Source: a virus (Duplodnaviria > Caudoviricetes). From it: a DNA stretch of 28,571 bases. The notes beneath the pieces are model-generated. The model was not told where the DNA came from, ran no database searches, and saw nothing but the letters and a program-made list of their open reading frames with translations. Position 1 is the stretch's first letter. Every line of letters starts with the position of its first letter. The position numbers were made by a program, and so were the translations under genes. The DNA lies in the IMG/VR virus record IMGVR_UViG_3300020044_003285, positions 1-28,571 of that record; one strand, written 5' to 3'. Positions 7,030 to 14,189 of this stretch are shown piece after piece.

Positions 7030-8416
7030 CGAGGTTTATTCCTTCCAATAGTTTGGTAAGTGCTATGGCTGCCTGTTGTGGTACTACACCGTTGCCGGCC
7101 AGTTTTAGTTCTTTCTCTCGGGAAAGTCCGTGGCTGGTGATCCAGCCTTCCGGTAGCCCCATCATCCATTCCGTGAATCGGCTGGAAAGACGGTGTGCGC
7201 CGTCCCTGCCATCAGGGTTGGTTGGGTCAGGTGACTGCCGACCGAGTATTGCTTCCCAGCGTCGAATTGCTGGCTCGTACTTTCCCCAGTCCGTTGTTGT
7301 TCTCGCAAGTGTGGTCATTGTCATATCACCACCATCCTTCGCAATTCTGTCCATTGTCTTTTGATTGCGACGCTCATAACTATCTGATGCGCGAAGGGTC
7401 GGAAATAACTTAACCTCATTGCTGATTTCATAAGTTGCGGATGCGAGGGTAGGACGGCGCTTAGTGTTGTGGCCGGTATTCTTTGAATCATCAACTTGAG
7501 GTGTCGGCAGCGTTTGAATTTCATTTACCACGGTTTCGCGCAGGTTACGATACCCACCCGGGGAGCGCTCCTTCAATTCCGCAATCTGCTCAGGCGTTTT
7601 GATTTCCCGATGCTCCATCGTGTTCGGGGTCGGGAGTAAACGACCTGCTACGGCCCAAAGATTTGAATCATCTACTGAACCAAGACCCCGATCATCAGCA
7701 GAATGCTTTGCAGCTTGAGCAGTCACAGTTGGCAATAATTCTCTTCTACGCGCACCCTCACCGTTCTGGCGGTCTTTATTTCCAGATAAATCAGTAGATT
7801 CCCACGTTTCTTCAGGCATACCTAAAATCGCGGTAATGCTTTGAAGTTGTAGTGAATTACGAGTAGCAACCTGATTTGCTACATCAACGCTCTTGCCATC
7901 GATAGTCGTTGGCGTTGGCAATAACGAAGAAGCAATGCTTTCCGAGACTGGCAAACCGTTCTCAAACGCCAGTGTTACCGCTTGGTCAGCAACCTTCAAC
8001 ATCCGACCACGATCACGCGCTTGCTTCTCACTAATTGCACCACCAGTCGAATCAGTAACCGCCGGGGTGCGGAATAATCCATCATCGGCAACTTCCAAAA
8101 CCACGTGGGCCAAAGCATTCTCCAAATTTTGCGGTTGCCAAGAAGGTCTAAACCACACCTTGCTGTTCCTATCCTCTGCGTTCTGCGCCCGACAAGTTGG
8201 AAGGGTAGGCAACAATGAAGACCCTGAAACGTTGGTGGGGTGCGCCAGCGTCCGAGGCGCGTACACCTTCCCATTTCGCGTCATACCCGATATCGGCCAA
8301 GTCACCGAGAACAGCACCGAGCGCTCGGAGAACAGGTCGGTCTCCTGCTTGCTCCAGAATTTCTTCGTCGTATTCCACTCCGCCATCGGCTCGAGCGGAT
8401 AGCAATCCTCGCACAT
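7022..8416 (-). CDS. C5-cytosine DNA methyltransferase, C-terminal (beta-like) subunit with repeated PT modules
   Basis: N-terminal TWPISGMTRNG segment, seven [LF]-[PR]-T modules, and C-terminal RLSSRFTEWMMGLPEGW (motif IX) and LAGNGVVPQQA (motif X). Start uncertain (ATG 8416 or 8386; frame open to 8521). Confidence 0.75.
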   Translation of the reverse strand: MCEDCYPLEPMAEWNTTKKFWSKQETDLFSERSVLFSVTWPISGMTRNGKVYAPRTLAHPTNVSGSSLLPTLPTCRAQNAEDRNSKVWFRPSWQPQNLENALAHVVLEVADDGLFRTPAVTDSTGGAISEKQARDRGRMLKVADQAVTLAFENGLPVSESIASSLLPTPTTIDGKSVDVANQVATRNSLQLQSITAILGMPEETWESTDLSGNKDRQNGEGARRRELLPTVTAQAAKHSADDRGLGSVDDSNLWAVAGRLLPTPNTMEHREIKTPEQIAELKERSPGGYRNLRETVVNEIQTLPTPQVDDSKNTGHNTKRRPTLASATYEISNEVKLFPTLRASDSYERRNQKTMDRIAKDGGDMTMTTLARTTTDWGKYEPAIRRWEAILGRQSPDPTNPDGRDGAHRLSSRFTEWMMGLPEGWITSHGLSREKELKLAGNGVVPQQAAIALTKLLEGINLDD

Positions 8417-8765
8417 TTTCAATAACCACCAATCTTGGTCGGAGAATGTTGATCGCGTGTGCAAACTCCGACCAGAGTCCGCTGCGAGTACCATCTTTGA
8501 GTCCAGCGCGTTTCCCAGCAAGCGATAAATCTTGGCAGGGAAAGCCGCCAGTAAGAATGTCGACCGGCTCTACCTGCGTCCAGTCCACTTTTGACACGTC
8601 CCGGTAGTTGGGAACGCCCGGGAAGTTAGCCTCCAGCACTTTTGAGGGTGCTTCGTCCCATTCGCAATGCCAAACCACACGTGATGGAATTAGCGAGGTG
8701 ACCGCAAGGTCAAGGCCGCCGTAACCACTGAACAGCGATCCAACTTTCAACTCACGCACAATCAA
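8169..8765 (-). CDS. C5-cytosine DNA methyltransferase, catalytic (alpha-like) subunit, motifs I-VIII
   Basis: LFSGYGG (I), GGFPCQDLS (IV), ENVRG (VI), HQRFRVF (VIII), then a stop. Confidence 0.9.
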   Translation of the reverse strand: MIVRELKVGSLFSGYGGLDLAVTSLIPSRVVWHCEWDEAPSKVLEANFPGVPNYRDVSKVDWTQVEPVDILTGGFPCQDLSLAGKRAGLKDGTRSGLWSEFAHAINILRPRLVVIENVRGLLSARADGGVEYDEEILEQAGDRPVLRALGAVLGDLADIGYDAKWEGVRASDAGAPHQRFRVFIVAYPSNLSGAERRG

Positions 8766-9396
8766 ACACCGCCAGCAGTTCAGCGCCGAGTTCGTAGGGT
8801 ACGCGAGAGCGCTCTTTAGCGTTCTTCAAACCTTGCGTTCCAGTCTTTGAACCGCGTGGGGCCGCCTCATGACAATCACCACCGGGCTTGCACATAGTTC
8901 TAGGAATCCAGCCCGGTACAGAACCCCAAAGGTCGGTCGGCTTTTGACGGTCATCACCATAAGTGCAATAGGTCACAGTTCGGCGTTCCAAACCGACCAC
9001 AGGCTTCAACTTGCGAAGCATCCCCCGAGGGTTTTCAATCAAGAATCCGAACCGTGGGTTTAGTTCCACGGCGAGCGCCCGGGCGTGGGCTACTAGCGTC
9101 TGATTGAAGACGGCCGCATCGGTGCGCGGAATTGGGAAATCCCCACCCTGCGCCCAGTGGTGACTCATTGAGGCAACGGAGAACGCGGTGCAAGGAGGAG
9201 AAGCCCACACAAAGTCTGGCTTGCCATACTTCGCTATCAGCGCGTCCGCGTTCAGTTCCAGAATGTCGACCGTTTCCGTCACATCGAAAGACGGATCCAG
9301 TTCGAACGTAATCACGGTGTGTCCTGCATCCTTGAACGCTTGCGTTGATGAACCAGTTCCAGCGAAGAAATCAAAGATGAGCAGTTTGTCGGTCAC
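8752..9396 (-). CDS. Second C5-cytosine methyltransferase-like protein
   Basis: Start GTG 9396 (GTGA overlap). DFFAGTGS, WASPPC, IENPRG, KPTDLW. Confidence 0.8.
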   Translation of the reverse strand: MTDKLLIFDFFAGTGSSTQAFKDAGHTVITFELDPSFDVTETVDILELNADALIAKYGKPDFVWASPPCTAFSVASMSHHWAQGGDFPIPRTDAAVFNQTLVAHARALAVELNPRFGFLIENPRGMLRKLKPVVGLERRTVTYCTYGDDRQKPTDLWGSVPGWIPRTMCKPGGDCHEAAPRGSKTGTQGLKNAKERSRVPYELGAELLAVFDCA

Positions 9397-9731
9397 GATG
9401 AACCACTCCATTCCATTCGCATAATTGCACCAAGGCTACGGCCCACGTCCAACCGATCGCGCAGCACCCGAAGACCCTCGCGTCCGGCGCGAAGCACCTG
9501 CTCCGATATTTCCATCGCAGCGAACTGCTCCTCCGTAGCAACCTCAGCGGTATAGCGCCGCACATCCACCGATCCAGTAGCGACAAGGAATGCGTGAGCG
9601 AAGTCGCGCTTGTAACGGATACGGTTTGCCGTGAACTCCGCGTCCAATCGTTCCAACTCCTCCGACTGCTCTTCCAACTGCCGGGATATCCGACCGAGGG
9701 TTTCAATAATTGAGGCTGGGGTGAGTTCCAT
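9393..9731 (-). CDS. Coiled-coil hypothetical protein
   Basis: Helical ORF overlapping both neighbours. Confidence 0.75.
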   Translation of the reverse strand: MELTPASIIETLGRISRQLEEQSEELERLDAEFTANRIRYKRDFAHAFLVATGSVDVRRYTAEVATEEQFAAMEISEQVLRAGREGLRVLRDRLDVGRSLGAIMRMEWSGSS

Positions 9732-10501
9732 TACATTCCGTCCTTCAACTCCGACTTACGAGCCGACAATGCTTTGCGCTCCACTTCGGTCATTGCGCGT
9801 CGAGCCGTGATCGCGTTGTAAATCTTCATCAAGTGGTCTTCGGTCGGCGCTTTAGCAATTAAGCCCAGCACGTCCTCTGTAAGGTCTTCCTGCGTGTCGG
9901 CTACCGCCGGGGTCACCGGGGTCGCTTCAGGCTCTTCACGGTCAACCTCGTCGTTCCCAAGTGCTACCTGCTGTGGAATGTCCGCCTGAATATCCTCCAC
10001 CGCGTCTGCGCCGACCAAAGTACGAATTACCAACGCATCGGTCTGACCCTTGTTGTAAAGCGACAAACCGAACTGGTCACCCAGCGCGATCGCGGCGCGT
10101 TTGATGGAAAGCGAAATCGCAGACTTGTATGCAAGGTCGTGCGCGTCCGCCCGGGACGGCTGGTTCTGTGCCGACCCAACGGATCCGTTCTCGTAGTGCG
10201 CCACCATCTGCCCAGCCGAGTTTCGAACCGTCAAACGCACCAGCGCCCGGTACGCCACATCCCAAGCCACATATTCCTTGCCGGCTTTTGAGGTTTTAAC
10301 TTCCGAGGTTTCGAACAGGCACTCAACGTGCGCCACCTCAATGTCAAAGTTCCCAAACCCGAACATTCGAATCAGGTGGGCCGTAATGTCCTGCTGCGAA
10401 ACGTGGGAGTGTCCCTTGCCGTCACGCAGAACGCGTGTCGGTTTGATTGCGTTGAGTAGGTGCGAAACCTGCTCGGTTGTGAATTGTCCACGAATGTCCA
10501 T
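9731..10501 (-). CDS. Rad52/22-family (Sak-like) single-strand annealing protein
   Basis: LIRMFGFGNF and AHDLAYKSAISLSIKRAAIALGDQFGLSLY; adjacent to the exonuclease gene. Confidence 0.85.
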   Translation of the reverse strand: MDIRGQFTTEQVSHLLNAIKPTRVLRDGKGHSHVSQQDITAHLIRMFGFGNFDIEVAHVECLFETSEVKTSKAGKEYVAWDVAYRALVRLTVRNSAGQMVAHYENGSVGSAQNQPSRADAHDLAYKSAISLSIKRAAIALGDQFGLSLYNKGQTDALVIRTLVGADAVEDIQADIPQQVALGNDEVDREEPEATPVTPAVADTQEDLTEDVLGLIAKAPTEDHLMKIYNAITARRAMTEVERKALSARKSELKDGM

Positions 10502-10503
10502 TT

Positions 10504-11112
10504 CTAAATGCCTTCCTTGTCTGTTTGTGAATAGAACACCAACTCCTGCTGAAGCCGTTCTGCAACCTCAACAAGTTCTTCAATCATCTTCTCGTCTCGC
10601 TCAAAGATGACAACTTTCGGTTCGAACCAGCCGGGGACAAACGTTCCGTCCTCCTGCTCCTCTCGAAGCACCCACCCGAACACGCACCGCGAAGCACCGG
10701 TGACATACAACTGCCACTGCACTTGCCGTCGATACTGAATCGGGATGGACTTTTCCGTACCCCAATCCTTGCCAGTCGTTTTCACTTCCGCGATCGTGTC
10801 GTGGTCAAGCGATAAACCGTCCGGGGTAGCAAACTGCCAATTCTGTCCCTCCGCAGCTATGAGCCAGTCGTTCGGGAAGATACCGAACTCGTCTTTCAGC
10901 GAAGCCACAATCCACGCTTCGTTGTCGCGCCCAAACGCCATGTAACCGTTGTCCACGAATGGGGTCGGGTTGTTGCGCTCGTTGATGATTTCCGCGTACC
11001 CGGATGGAGTGGCCGCCTTTGACACGGTGGTTGCCGATACTCCGGTGTCACGGATCCGTTTCCATTCGTCCGTGTCAACCGATCGGACTAGAAACCTATG
11101 ATGGTCAATCAT
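10504..11112 (-). CDS. YqaJ/lambda-exonuclease-family recombination nuclease
   Basis: EW...R..GVSAT, FGRDNE, ATPDG, EVKTT and Y.RQVQWQLYVTG. Confidence 0.9.
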   Translation of the reverse strand: MIDHHRFLVRSVDTDEWKRIRDTGVSATTVSKAATPSGYAEIINERNNPTPFVDNGYMAFGRDNEAWIVASLKDEFGIFPNDWLIAAEGQNWQFATPDGLSLDHDTIAEVKTTGKDWGTEKSIPIQYRRQVQWQLYVTGASRCVFGWVLREEQEDGTFVPGWFEPKVVIFERDEKMIEELVEVAERLQQELVFYSQTDKEGI

Positions 11113-11198
11113 TGCCTTCTCTTTTCATTAAGGGGGGCAGATTGGTAGGACTGACCAACCTGCCCCGGGCGGTCGGGAAGGCTTCGACCGCACTCCCC
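11113..11198 (-). promoter_or_regulatory. Structured 5' leader of the exonuclease-recombinase operon
   Basis: Hairpins GCGGUCG/CGACCGC (11169-11191) and GGGGCAGGUUGGU/ACCAAUCUGCCCC (11134-11166). Confidence 0.6.
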
Positions 11199-11241
11199 AG
11201 AGTATCACGGTACGACATAGCACAGACGTGCAATTTGCGTG

Positions 11242-11382
11242 TCAAAAGAACACCGTAAATACGAGCGCAAGGAGCAAAACATCAACAATCAAAAGAACCG
11301 TTGCCAACCGTCGCATTGTCTTGTTGTGCTTCCTAGCGCGAACACGATCACTAATCGGGGTGGCTTGTGATTTATCGTTCAC
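11242..11382 (-). CDS. Small membrane-anchored protein
   Basis: Basic stretch followed by a C-terminal TM helix; start GTG 11382 is tentative. Confidence 0.55.
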   Translation of the reverse strand: MNDKSQATPISDRVRARKHNKTMRRLATVLLIVDVLLLALVFTVFF

Positions 11383-11542
11383 GGTTCTCACGCTCCGCCC
11401 GGACAATCCGAATAGCCTCCACAATCATCCGCCAATAGCACAAGAGGGCCAAGGCGTAGAAAGCGTCCGGCATATTGAATACGTCGTGAATGAAAGTGAA
11501 AAGCGTACCTGCACCGAGGTAGGCAATGAATCTAATTTCCAT
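11372..11542 (-). CDS. Small membrane protein
   Basis: Start ATG 11542 with GGGAGG RBS; two hydrophobic segments. Confidence 0.6.
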   Translation of the reverse strand: MEIRFIAYLGAGTLFTFIHDVFNMPDAFYALALLCYWRMIVEAIRIVRAERENRER

Positions 11543-11858
11543 CAGCGTCCTCCCATGATTTCTTGAGTGAAGCAAACGTGGACATTGCATCCCGGGACAG
11601 GAGTCCCATATCTGCCATGTGGATTACATCAAGGATTGTTCCTCCGCTTGTGACCAGCGCGAAAATAAACGCTGACTCCCGAAGCGACACGGTCGGCTCA
11701 ATCGGTGAGCCTTGAATCGCCGTGATGATCCCATCGGTGACCATTGATGCCTTTCGAAACTCAACCATTGCGTTCATCAGGTTCTCGTTGAGTAGAGCTG
11801 CTGGCATTTCTTTCACAAACCTGTCAGACCATTGCTGGGCGTTTTCAACTGGATCCAT
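11532..11858 (-). CDS. Hypothetical protein
   Basis: TAATG overlap with the upstream gene. Confidence 0.7.
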   Translation of the reverse strand: MDPVENAQQWSDRFVKEMPAALLNENLMNAMVEFRKASMVTDGIITAIQGSPIEPTVSLRESAFIFALVTSGGTILDVIHMADMGLLSRDAMSTFASLKKSWEDADGN

Positions 11859-12223
11859 TACGCACCAACCTTGATACCATCAGTCTTGAAAATGTTCTCT
11901 GGCTTGAAGCCGTCTACCACTTTCCAGACCCGGCACTTACGACCGAAGCGTGTTGTTCCGTACTCGCCCGACCAGACAATGATTCCGGCATCGGCTAGTT
12001 CTGCTCGACGCGATCGTACCGACTGCGGTGAAGCGTAAGGGTGCAGTTCCTCGTGAGCGTGACCTTCGAACTGGTGGAAGAGTTCCTCGTCCGTGAGTTG
12101 CTTTCCGTACAGGGCGAAGAAGACCGCAATAGCAGTCTGTGATGGGCGGTAGACCGAGTCGGCCGCCTCGTGTGAAGTCGACGGATCTGTTTTCCGTGCG
12201 ACCGGGGTGAATTGTGTTTTCAT
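11858..12223 (-). CDS. Winged-HTH DNA-binding protein, first gene of the early arm
   Basis: ARKTDPSTSHEAA, LTDEEL, SPQSVRSRRAELADAG and wing GRKCRVW. Confidence 0.7.
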   Translation of the reverse strand: MKTQFTPVARKTDPSTSHEAADSVYRPSQTAIAVFFALYGKQLTDEELFHQFEGHAHEELHPYASPQSVRSRRAELADAGIIVWSGEYGTTRFGRKCRVWKVVDGFKPENIFKTDGIKVGA

Positions 12224-12262
12224 GGTTTGCCTTCCTATGATCCGCGTCTATGCGGTGGGACT

Positions 12263-12271
12263 AGGTTAGCA
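12263..12271 (-). promoter_or_regulatory. Extended -10 (TGcTAACCT) for the early arm
   Basis: TGN-TANNNT about 40 nt upstream of ATG 12223; no clear -35 at canonical spacing. Confidence 0.45.
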
Positions 12272-12326
12272 CTCTATTTTGCAATGTTGGACACATTTGC
12301 GAATTTTTATTTCTGGATGCGTAATA

Positions 12327-12429
12327 GTGAAACCGTTAGGTTTCACGGTCGGGTCGGGTCGGGTCGGGTCGGGGTCAACGAACATCGCTCAATGTTCGCC
12401 CGAACATCGCCCGAACTTCTTACGAACAT
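12327..12429. repeat. Candidate replication origin: palindrome, GGGTC tandem repeat and CGAACAT iterons
   Basis: GTGAAACC-gtta-GGTTTCAC (12327-12346); GGGTC x4 plus GGGGTC (12351-12376); CGAAC(A/T)T at 12379, 12401, 12412, 12423 and inverted at 12392; AT-rich tract at 12275-12326. The repeats are seen directly; the origin role is inference. Confidence 0.65.
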
Positions 12430-12443
12430 TCTTGTGTAGGTAC

Positions 12444-12471
12444 TTGCGTATCTATGAATTAGTGCTAGACT
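12444..12471 (+). promoter_or_regulatory. SigA-type promoter for the plus-strand gene
   Basis: TTGCGT-16 nt-TAGACT with a TG extension. Confidence 0.6.
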
Positions 12472-12507
12472 CAATACGTAAGGCAAACCGGACAGAAAGG
12501 CAACACC

Positions 12508-12678
12508 ATGAACATCACCACAAACCAGCAAGCAATCGCAGACAAACTCATCAAGGCAAAGGGAATCCTCAGCGCACTTCGCTACGCCAAAGAAACCCTC
12601 CGCGTACAGTCCATCAACGGCGATGCAAACGCAATCGCAAACTGGAAGACCATTGTTGAATACATGGAAGCAAACTAA
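12508..12678 (+). CDS. Hypothetical protein, 56 aa; only credible plus-strand gene
   Basis: Not in the ORF track. MNITTNQQAIADKLIKAKGILSALRYAKETLRVQSINGDANAIANWKTIVEYMEAN; GAAAGG RBS, promoter upstream, terminator downstream. Confidence 0.8.
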   Translation: MNITTNQQAIADKLIKAKGILSALRYAKETLRVQSINGDANAIANWKTIVEYMEAN

Positions 12679-12701
12679 CTCATCTAGCCCCACACGAGAC
12701 G

Positions 12702-12730
12702 AGCCTCAGCCGAACGGCTGGGGCTTATCT
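12702..12730 (+). terminator. Intrinsic terminator, possibly bidirectional
   Basis: AGCCTCAGCC-gaac-GGCTGGGGCT-TATCT. Confidence 0.7.
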
Positions 12731-12777
12731 CATTGACACGACTCACACTGCAACAAGTCCATAGGGTCAACCGGTAC

Positions 12778-12795
12778 GGCGTAGTCCCCTACGCC
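12778..12795 (-). terminator. Hairpin after the holin gene (end of late operon)
   Basis: GGCGTAG-ggga-CTACGCC, 14 nt after the stop; no U-tract. Confidence 0.4.
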
Positions 12796-12809
12796 ATCAA
12801 ACGCGCCGT

Positions 12810-13013
12810 TCACTTAGAGGTGATACCGAAAGCGGTGTCGTTCGGGTTCAGCAAACGAATCAACACAGGGATAACCGCGATCCAGACAGCATTCGCAACC
12901 GCGTACCAGTCCGCCGGGGCAAACTCAAACGGCAACTTCCCGATTGCGAAAATCGCACCAAGGGCCGTAGCGAGAAGGCTGCGACCATAACTAGCCAGAA
13001 TTTCCATGTTCAT
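12810..13013 (-). CDS. Holin
   Basis: Start ATG 13013 (GAGGAG RBS); two TM segments and a terminal R.LNP.D.AFG; last gene of the lysis cassette. Confidence 0.75.
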   Translation of the reverse strand: MNMEILASYGRSLLATALGAIFAIGKLPFEFAPADWYAVANAVWIAVIPVLIRLLNPNDTAFGITSK

Positions 13014-13074
13014 TGTTTCTCCTCTTATCAGGGTCAACTATCTAGGGTGACCGTCCCGGGCGCTCGCGGCGCGT

Positions 13075-13344
13075 TTACAAACCGAGCAATTTAGAAACTA
13101 TTGGTGCAAGAACAGCCAGCAGACCGAAGCCACCAACGGCTTGCCAAATTCTGGATTCGACGATACGGATCCGTTCTTCGTGGTCGTTGATTTGTTTCTC
13201 AGTATTGTTCTCAAACTTTTGAATGCGGTCTTCCGTAGCCGGCATCGACAACGAAAGCCCCATCAGGATTTGTTTCATCTCCTGAAGGTCACGGTGAACA
13301 TCCTTGAGCGTAACCCGAATGCCACCATCTTCTTCTGTTACCAC
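13075..13344 (-). CDS. Lysis-cassette membrane protein (coiled coil plus C-terminal TM)
   Basis: DHEERIRIVESRIW followed by a hydrophobic helix. Confidence 0.7.
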   Translation of the reverse strand: MVTEEDGGIRVTLKDVHRDLQEMKQILMGLSLSMPATEDRIQKFENNTEKQINDHEERIRIVESRIWQAVGGFGLLAVLAPIVSKLLGL

Positions 13345-13718
13345 TTCCCATTTCCAATCAAATACGTCTGAAGCGCTTTGATTGATTCGGAACTGAAGGT
13401 CGGCTTTTGAGGAACGTCAAGGAACTTCTGGAGAGCGACCCGGGTGTTCCGATTCCACCACGCTGCCTCTTCAACACCGAGGAACTTGTGCAACGCCTTG
13501 ATCGTAGCTGCGTCGAGTGTTCCGCTTGTCTTTGTGCCAAGCGCCGATTGGAGAGCCTTGATAGTTGCCTCGTCAAATTCCCCGGTCACAGAAATCGTAG
13601 CCTTCTTGGATTTCTGTTCAGGCTCGGCAGCAACCTCTTCAGGCTCAACGACCTCTTCGGTTTCTTCAACTACGTCAACGGCCTCTTCAACCGTCTCGTT
13701 GGGTTCTTCAAATGTCAT
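13338..13718 (-). CDS. Stand-alone peptidoglycan-binding-domain protein
   Basis: Four repeats resembling T-I-K-A-L-Q-x-x-L (PG_binding_1-like) after an acidic N-terminus; AAGGAG RBS and ATGA overlap. Confidence 0.7.
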   Translation of the reverse strand: MTFEEPNETVEEAVDVVEETEEVVEPEEVAAEPEQKSKKATISVTGEFDEATIKALQSALGTKTSGTLDAATIKALHKFLGVEEAAWWNRNTRVALQKFLDVPQKPTFSSESIKALQTYLIGNGKW

Positions 13719-14185
13719 TTCTTCTCCTTGTTGATTAGTTTCTCAGTAAAACTGACTGGCTCGACGAATCCCACGCCGAGCGCGTTGTAAACGTGAAAAC
13801 GACCTGCTTGGATTTCCCAGTGCAAATGCACCCCGGTAGACATTCCGGTTGTACCAATAATCCCGAGCTGCGTACCACCCTCAACACGATCGCCAACCTT
13901 GACCTTCGGTTTCGCTTTCATGTGACCATAGAGGGACGTGTAAAACTTGCCATCAATGCTGTGGCGGAGGATGACATAGTTTCCGAACCCGGCAGGATTG
14001 TAACCTACGCTAATCACGGATCCCTTGTGAAACGCTTCCACAGGTGCGTCAGGTTTCGTGGCAACAATGTCTGTGCCGTTGTGGTGGCTTCGCTTATGCG
14101 TGACCGGGTTGATACGCCAACCAACTGGTGCGCTCACGTGCCACGCTTTATTCTTCGGGCCGTCAATCGGATATTGGGTTGTCAT
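13715..14185 (-). CDS. Endolysin, peptidase M23 family
   Basis: HNGTD, GFGNYV, YGHM, GVHLHWE; likely start ATG 14185. Confidence 0.9.
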   Translation of the reverse strand: MTTQYPIDGPKNKAWHVSAPVGWRINPVTHKRSHHNGTDIVATKPDAPVEAFHKGSVISVGYNPAGFGNYVILRHSIDGKFYTSLYGHMKAKPKVKVGDRVEGGTQLGIIGTTGMSTGVHLHWEIQAGRFHVYNALGVGFVEPVSFTEKLINKEKK

Positions 14186-14189
14186 TGTT

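Noticed and set aside
12266-12274. CIRCE (HrcA) operator: TTAGCACTC
   Set aside because: Only one half-site; there is no GAGTGCTAA 9 nt away. It coincides with the extended -10.
12379-12429. LexA/SOS boxes (CGAAC half-sites)
   Set aside because: The actinobacterial box is CGAAC-N4-GTTCG. Here the inverted pair is 10 nt apart and the rest are direct repeats, which fits iterons better.
12346-12429. CRISPR array
   Set aside because: Repeats are 5-7 nt with no unique spacers, and there are no cas genes.
12343-12693. 116-aa minus-strand ORF and 126-aa plus-strand ORF (12279-12659)
   Set aside because: They overlap the better-supported 56-aa gene, its promoter and the repeat block, and have no RBS.
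13005-13013. Holin/antiholin dual start (Met-Asn-Met)
   Set aside because: The lambda-type motif relies on a basic residue between the starts; Asn gives no such support.
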